This document shows, piece after piece, positions 25,371 to 30,065 of a DNA stretch of 30,065 nucleotides (its first letter is position 1; every line of letters starts with the position of its first letter). Both the position numbers and the translations under genes were made by a program. The notes beneath the pieces are model-generated. The model did not search any database and was not told where the DNA came from. It saw only the letters and a program-made list of their open reading frames with translations. Location: the IMG/VR virus record IMGVR_UViG_3300020017_000422, positions 1 to 30,065 of that record; one strand, written 5' to 3'. The DNA is from a virus (taxonomy: Duplodnaviria > Caudoviricetes).

Positions 25371-25951
25371 TAAGCTATGCCTCCACCAGATCGTTTAAAG
25401 AGACTGCTAATGCCTCCTCCCATAGCACCACCAATAGGTCCAGCCATAGATGTCCCAATGCCTCCTAAAAGAGGAGCTAAGAACCCTGTCGAACCCTGCT
25501 GTTTATTATAAGCAAAAGGTTGGTAACCGAGTCCTTGTTGGGAAAGCTGATTGTACTGATTGTATTGCTGACCAGCCGATTGCCCTTGAAGCTGAGAAAA
25601 GAGCTGTGCCAGTTGTGATTGAAGACCAGCCGATGCACCTCCTAACGCCTGCCCGAAACCGCTAGAAGATAGAGCACCCATACCAGCGAATCTCTCTGCG
25701 ATCTGAGGAAGCATTTGCTCGTCGAATTGCTGAAGATATGGAGATGAGAATTGGTCGAAAGCTTGCTGCTGATTGCCACCTAAAAGGCTGTTGAAGTATT
25801 GCTGAGCAAGGTCATAACCACCTCCCTGCTGAGACATGCCCATAGCCTGAGAAAGGATATCATTATGCAATCCCTGTTGCTCAGGAGAGCCCGTAGGCAC
25901 TTTCTTTAACTTATCTTTGCTACCGAAGAGCCAATCGCTGAAGCTTGCCAT
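25370..25951 (-). CDS. Probable DNA transfer/pilot protein (P22 gp7-like)
   Basis: Gly/Gln-rich, G.LSSSGFG motif, Gly-rich hydrophobic C-terminus. Confidence 0.65.
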   Translation of the reverse strand: MASFSDWLFGSKDKLKKVPTGSPEQQGLHNDILSQAMGMSQQGGGYDLAQQYFNSLLGGNQQQAFDQFSSPYLQQFDEQMLPQIAERFAGMGALSSSGFGQALGGASAGLQSQLAQLFSQLQGQSAGQQYNQYNQLSQQGLGYQPFAYNKQQGSTGFLAPLLGGIGTSMAGPIGGAMGGGISSLFKRSGGGIA

Positions 25952-25961
25952 AAAAGTTCAC

Positions 25962-26465
25962 CTAGTTTTTTAAGTACTCCATGACCCAAGTACACCAGGT
26001 CAGAGCGTTACCTGAATTGTTTTGAATAATAATCGTATTTGTCGAGTTTTGATACCTTACATAAATATCGGGATCATTTAAGAAATATGACAGCCCGCCT
26101 GTGTCTACTGCACCCCCAAACCCCTGAACAGGGTATAAGTATCCCGTAATATTTTGCGGTTGAGTTGAAGTGGATAAAACAATATTCGTTGTGCCAACAG
26201 GGATATTTCCGCCGTTTAAATTGACTAAATCAACAGTGATTCTGTAGGCGTTTCTATTCTGCTGAGGATTCCCTATCTGATACCATTGACCGAAGTTAGC
26301 GTTTTCTTGAAGAAGGAAAAGGCCACTAGCTTTTGTGTTGACGGCATTGGCGACACGGCGAAGATAGAGCAACAGGATATTTTCGAAATCCTTCTCTTCA
26401 GGATTCACGTCCAGCGAGATAGGTAATTGGTTTGTATTGAGAGGTTCGTTGCTTGAAAAGGTCAT
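25962..26465 (-). CDS. Probable tail-associated structural protein
   Basis: Follows the nozzle gene; beta-rich C-terminus ending EYLKN. Confidence 0.6.
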   Translation of the reverse strand: MTFSSNEPLNTNQLPISLDVNPEEKDFENILLLYLRRVANAVNTKASGLFLLQENANFGQWYQIGNPQQNRNAYRITVDLVNLNGGNIPVGTTNIVLSTSTQPQNITGYLYPVQGFGGAVDTGGLSYFLNDPDIYVRYQNSTNTIIIQNNSGNALTWCTWVMEYLKN

Positions 26466-26506
26466 TCTATATGATTCCTGTATGCGCGATATATGCTATC
26501 CATATA

Positions 26507-29251
26507 TCAATTAATCAACCTGCCACCTTCTCTGAACCAAACATTCATAGCGTTTAATTCCATCGTCGTTTGGTGGGTAGCAAGCTGATTCATCAAATTG
26601 TCATCGTAGGTCAAGCCAATACGCAGGTACTGCCCGAATTGAGTGCTGTAGAATCGGTACCATGCATATTCAGACCCTGGAATATAGGTTTGACCGTTGA
26701 TGGGAGACGTATTCCAAATACCCCCTGTAGTGTAGGGGGTGAATCCGGTAGAGTCAGTGTTGTCCAGCGTAAAGTTGTTTGCATCTACGACGGTGATAGA
26801 GTAAATGGCTGAATTAAGCTGAGTCATTCCCTTGACGTTGCCAATATAAATCAGTGTGCCTGTAATTAGGCTATGGTTAGGACTCGTGATTTGGCAAGGA
26901 TTGGCTTGCGTGGCATTGGTGATAAATCCACACCCTTGAGAAGAGTTAATCAGTTCTTGGTTGGTGTTCAGAAGATTGGCTTGCTCGCCTAGATACGAAT
27001 TTACGAAAAGCTGAATTGTCGTTGCCGTTATAGCTGGAGAGGCAATATTGGCATCCATTTGGAAGTCTATAAAGGAAAGCTTGAACTGCTTACCGTCTTT
27101 TTGAAATGGATTAAAGTCTTTGCCTTGAATGTTCATCTTAGGAAATAGCGTAACATTTCCTCCTCCAATATAAACCGCCGAGGATGTGATGTCGACGGCA
27201 TCATAGCTTTGCGATTCGAAATCCCATACGGCTAACGTGATTGTGTTTGCATCTACCACTGTAACGTTATAGATGATGTTATTGAGACCTGGATCAGTGC
27301 CACTCCACAGTGTCCCCTGAATGTAGATAGTCTCTCCATTAGCCAAATTGTGACTTGGGATAGTGATCCGCGTGGGATGGACTCCAAAATTGACACCTGT
27401 AATAGCCATTGTTGGTGCATAGAGACTGGTAATGGCCTGAGGGGTCTGTGCGTTGGGATTCTGGTAAATATTGATAAAGCCATGCTGTGTGCCAGCCGTC
27501 ACATAATCGACGTACTGTTGGTCGTCCACATTGTCCCAAGAAACGCTGCTCTCCCAATAGGTTGTTAAACTATCCCATGTAATTCCAAACTGAAACTGAG
27601 AGGTGCCAAAACAGGTAATTGTATCTCGAAACTTAGCCCACGTATTGTTTCGATAATTAAACAATAGAACTTTATTTGGATATGTTTGGGTTGTTGAGGA
27701 GTCTGATGTGTCGACATAATTCCAGTAGACGAGTTCCTTTTCGAAATCTCTCACACCATGCACAAAATCAGGCGCATTATTCTGTATCTCGAAACTGAAA
27801 ACCTGGTCGGGTATCTGATCGTCTAACCGGCTAATTCCATTAGCGGCTGCCTGTATAATACCTCGATCGCTTATGACCATAACGCCCTGATCGAACAAGA
27901 TAGAACTAAAAGTGCTCACAGATCCGAAGTCTGAGGATATCCTCTCCCAGATGAAGGGAACACCATATTCCCCTATGTAACGAAGCTGCCAAGTGGAGTA
28001 TTCAAAGAAGACTATCAACGTGTTTCTGAAAAAGGCTGCGCTGACGATAGCTTCATTGGTTGGAGCATCAATGAAACCGCCTCGTCCGAAGATATCTGAC
28101 CTCCACGCATTGGTCTGATCCGTAGGATCTCCAAGCTGACTAAATCGACACCTAGCGAAGTAGTTCACCGCACCAGTATATCCTGATGCTGTTACTCCTT
28201 CCCACGTATTTAGGGCTAAGAGACGCCCGTAATAGGGTATTAGGATAAGAGCCTGCCATAGAGTGTTTGTCGCTGTTACGAGAGGTTGTAGGTCGGTCCA
28301 CGTGCTATTGTTGAAATATCGTATGGGGTCGTATGAAAGAGTCGCTATGTTGATATTGTAATTGGTAGTAAAGAAGTAGCGTAGGTTAGACGTGGCTCCT
28401 TGATAGTTGGCAGCCCAAAAGAAATCGGTATTGTTACCCGTCCATATCTCACCTGGGACCAACTCTTGAAACCCGCTTACATACTGGTAAGCATATGTCG
28501 TGTCGAAAAATACTGTGGAGTCGATGCCAAGAGTAGATATGTCCCTTTTTAGAATACCCATGACAGGCAGCGTAGGATAATAAGAGAACGTCGCTGTCGC
28601 CGCATGACCTGCACCTACGGTCGTCGTCAGCGTGATTACACCCGTCACATAGTTGATTACCCCGCTGTTTCCAGGAGTAGCATTCGTCAGGGTACCATCA
28701 CCTTGATCGATAAATGTGGTCGCAAGGGTGGCGATAGAAATGATCACAGTACCTGGAACGATTTGAGCATAAGGTTGATTCACCCATAGGCCACCAGTAG
28801 TGTAGACACCGTAGGCTGTGGTATCGACCCCAATACTAAAGCTGTTTGCGTTTATCCTGGTTATCGTATAGGTGTTCCCATTTAACTGCGTCATTCCGCC
28901 AATGGCGCTGAAGGTCACCTGCATGCCCGTTTGTAGACCATGATTGGTGCTTGTAATGACGCCAGGATTGGCATTAGTCGCCCCCGTCACCGTTCCAGAA
29001 ACGCCCGTTCCAAAATAATAGAGTGTGAATGTCCACGGTGATGCCCCGCTATTTCCTATGGACTGAGAAGAAAATGACCGTGAGAGCCTGCCCATGGGGA
29101 CCTCTCCATCTCTTTTCTTCGTCCTTTCACGATACACGTATGCATTGGCTAATTCCGAAAAAGCCTCATTGGCCAATAAAGCGGGCTTCCGATCTTGGGT
29201 AAGACCGCCTCCTGGGTATCCTCCAATAAGTACTTGATGAAATCCATTCAT
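26507..29251 (-). CDS. Tail nozzle/stabilisation protein (P22 gp10 / T7 gp12 position) with FCCH-like inserts
   Basis: 914 aa beta-propeller-like; three ITxxxHxLxxG domains resembling the E1-FCCH-like domain of phage proteins. Confidence 0.7.
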   Translation of the reverse strand: MNGFHQVLIGGYPGGGLTQDRKPALLANEAFSELANAYVYRERTKKRDGEVPMGRLSRSFSSQSIGNSGASPWTFTLYYFGTGVSGTVTGATNANPGVITSTNHGLQTGMQVTFSAIGGMTQLNGNTYTITRINANSFSIGVDTTAYGVYTTGGLWVNQPYAQIVPGTVIISIATLATTFIDQGDGTLTNATPGNSGVINYVTGVITLTTTVGAGHAATATFSYYPTLPVMGILKRDISTLGIDSTVFFDTTYAYQYVSGFQELVPGEIWTGNNTDFFWAANYQGATSNLRYFFTTNYNINIATLSYDPIRYFNNSTWTDLQPLVTATNTLWQALILIPYYGRLLALNTWEGVTASGYTGAVNYFARCRFSQLGDPTDQTNAWRSDIFGRGGFIDAPTNEAIVSAAFFRNTLIVFFEYSTWQLRYIGEYGVPFIWERISSDFGSVSTFSSILFDQGVMVISDRGIIQAAANGISRLDDQIPDQVFSFEIQNNAPDFVHGVRDFEKELVYWNYVDTSDSSTTQTYPNKVLLFNYRNNTWAKFRDTITCFGTSQFQFGITWDSLTTYWESSVSWDNVDDQQYVDYVTAGTQHGFINIYQNPNAQTPQAITSLYAPTMAITGVNFGVHPTRITIPSHNLANGETIYIQGTLWSGTDPGLNNIIYNVTVVDANTITLAVWDFESQSYDAVDITSSAVYIGGGNVTLFPKMNIQGKDFNPFQKDGKQFKLSFIDFQMDANIASPAITATTIQLFVNSYLGEQANLLNTNQELINSSQGCGFITNATQANPCQITSPNHSLITGTLIYIGNVKGMTQLNSAIYSITVVDANNFTLDNTDSTGFTPYTTGGIWNTSPINGQTYIPGSEYAWYRFYSTQFGQYLRIGLTYDDNLMNQLATHQTTMELNAMNVWFREGGRLIN

Positions 29252-29875
29252 TTAATTTCCTATTGCAAGCCAATAAATAGCAATGGCACCTGATCCGCTA
29301 TCTTGGTAAGAAAACCCGGTGGTCGTGGGAGGATTTTTCAAATAAATACCTTGTGCAGAGGTGGTGCTGCCTCTGTTGGCGGTTATTTGAACGTTGAAAC
29401 AATTATTGGGAAACGCTACAGGAAAGATTACCGTACCACTGGAACCAGGAGAGGTTTTGAATCCCCATTGAGTGAGTACGCCGCCAGACCAGGTGTAGCC
29501 AACGCCTCCATTGACAGTTTGCGTATTTATTAATCCGGTAAGCTGTGAGAGAACTCCGGACCCGCTTAACGAATAGAGCTGCTGGTCACCATTTGAAGGG
29601 ATGGCTGGAGTAGTAACCGCATCCACTATAAGTGTTCCCGGGACACCCGAAAACACTTGATTGTATCCGCTAACAGTGGTGACAGAGGATTGAGGAACCT
29701 GGTGTATCACTTTATGATACCCAGCAGGCTGTGAACCTGGTGAACCGTTGTTATCGATATGATCTATCGCAAGCGTTTCAAAAGTACCGTCAAGGTTGTT
29801 CCTAATGGTAGATTTTGTCTGTCCCAATGATGACCCATCTGGAGGGTACCCCTGAGTGTATGTTGGAATGACCAT
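29252..29875 (-). CDS. Tail fibre-type protein with gp53-like C-terminal domain
   Basis: QWG..VIFPVAFPNNCFNV..IYWLAIGN. Confidence 0.75.
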   Translation of the reverse strand: MVIPTYTQGYPPDGSSLGQTKSTIRNNLDGTFETLAIDHIDNNGSPGSQPAGYHKVIHQVPQSSVTTVSGYNQVFSGVPGTLIVDAVTTPAIPSNGDQQLYSLSGSGVLSQLTGLINTQTVNGGVGYTWSGGVLTQWGFKTSPGSSGTVIFPVAFPNNCFNVQITANRGSTTSAQGIYLKNPPTTTGFSYQDSGSGAIAIYWLAIGN

Positions 29876-29889
29876 ATGAAATTTCCTCT

Positions 29890-30027
29890 TTAGCTAACAG
29901 CGACCGTTGGGATGGGCTGCACATCCTGAGGCCTGCGCAATTTCTTTTTAGCCTCTTTGCTAAGCTTTGCTTTTGCAGGGGATAGAGGCTTTTTTAGTTT
30001 CTTTTCTTTGCCCTTGATGACTGCCAT
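29890..30027 (-). CDS. Lys-rich 45-aa protein (not in the ORF track)
   Basis: MAVIKGKEKKLKKPLSPAKAKLSKEAKKKLRRPQDVQPIPTVAVS; AGGA RBS. Confidence 0.55.
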   Translation of the reverse strand: MAVIKGKEKKLKKPLSPAKAKLSKEAKKKLRRPQDVQPIPTVAVS

Positions 30028-30065
30028 ATGCGTTATCCTGTCGTATGCCGCCCTACAAATGGACC

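Overview
The whole window is part of a tailed dsDNA phage with podovirus-like (P22-type) virion genes; no host genes are recognisable. Reading the minus strand from right to left: tail nozzle, ejection proteins and fibres (30065-16141); small basic proteins and a metallophosphoesterase; a plus-strand ERF + YqaJ recombination operon; a Cro-like HTH, replication initiator with internal origin, DnaC-like loader, RusA-like nuclease and GroES; TerS, TerL, a block of small ORFs, and the portal. The window crosses the late/early junction with no integrase, CI or lysis enzyme visible. Main observations: (1) TerL carries a 230-bp internal inversion between perfect 65-bp inverted repeats, and flipping it restores a stop-free 520-aa terminase. 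This is either an intragenic on/off inverton or a template-switch/assembly chimera. (2) Two tandem candidate antisense RNAs, each with a sigma70 promoter, a terminator and a UUGG-type loop, lie opposite mutually exclusive leader hairpins upstream of the replication genes, resembling plasmid copy-number control. (3) Iterons and a DnaA box lie inside the rep gene. (4) The portal has an in-frame TAA. (5) A plus-strand moron has two paralogous membrane peptides flanking a SAM methyltransferase. All product calls come from motif recognition and gene context only; no database searches were run.
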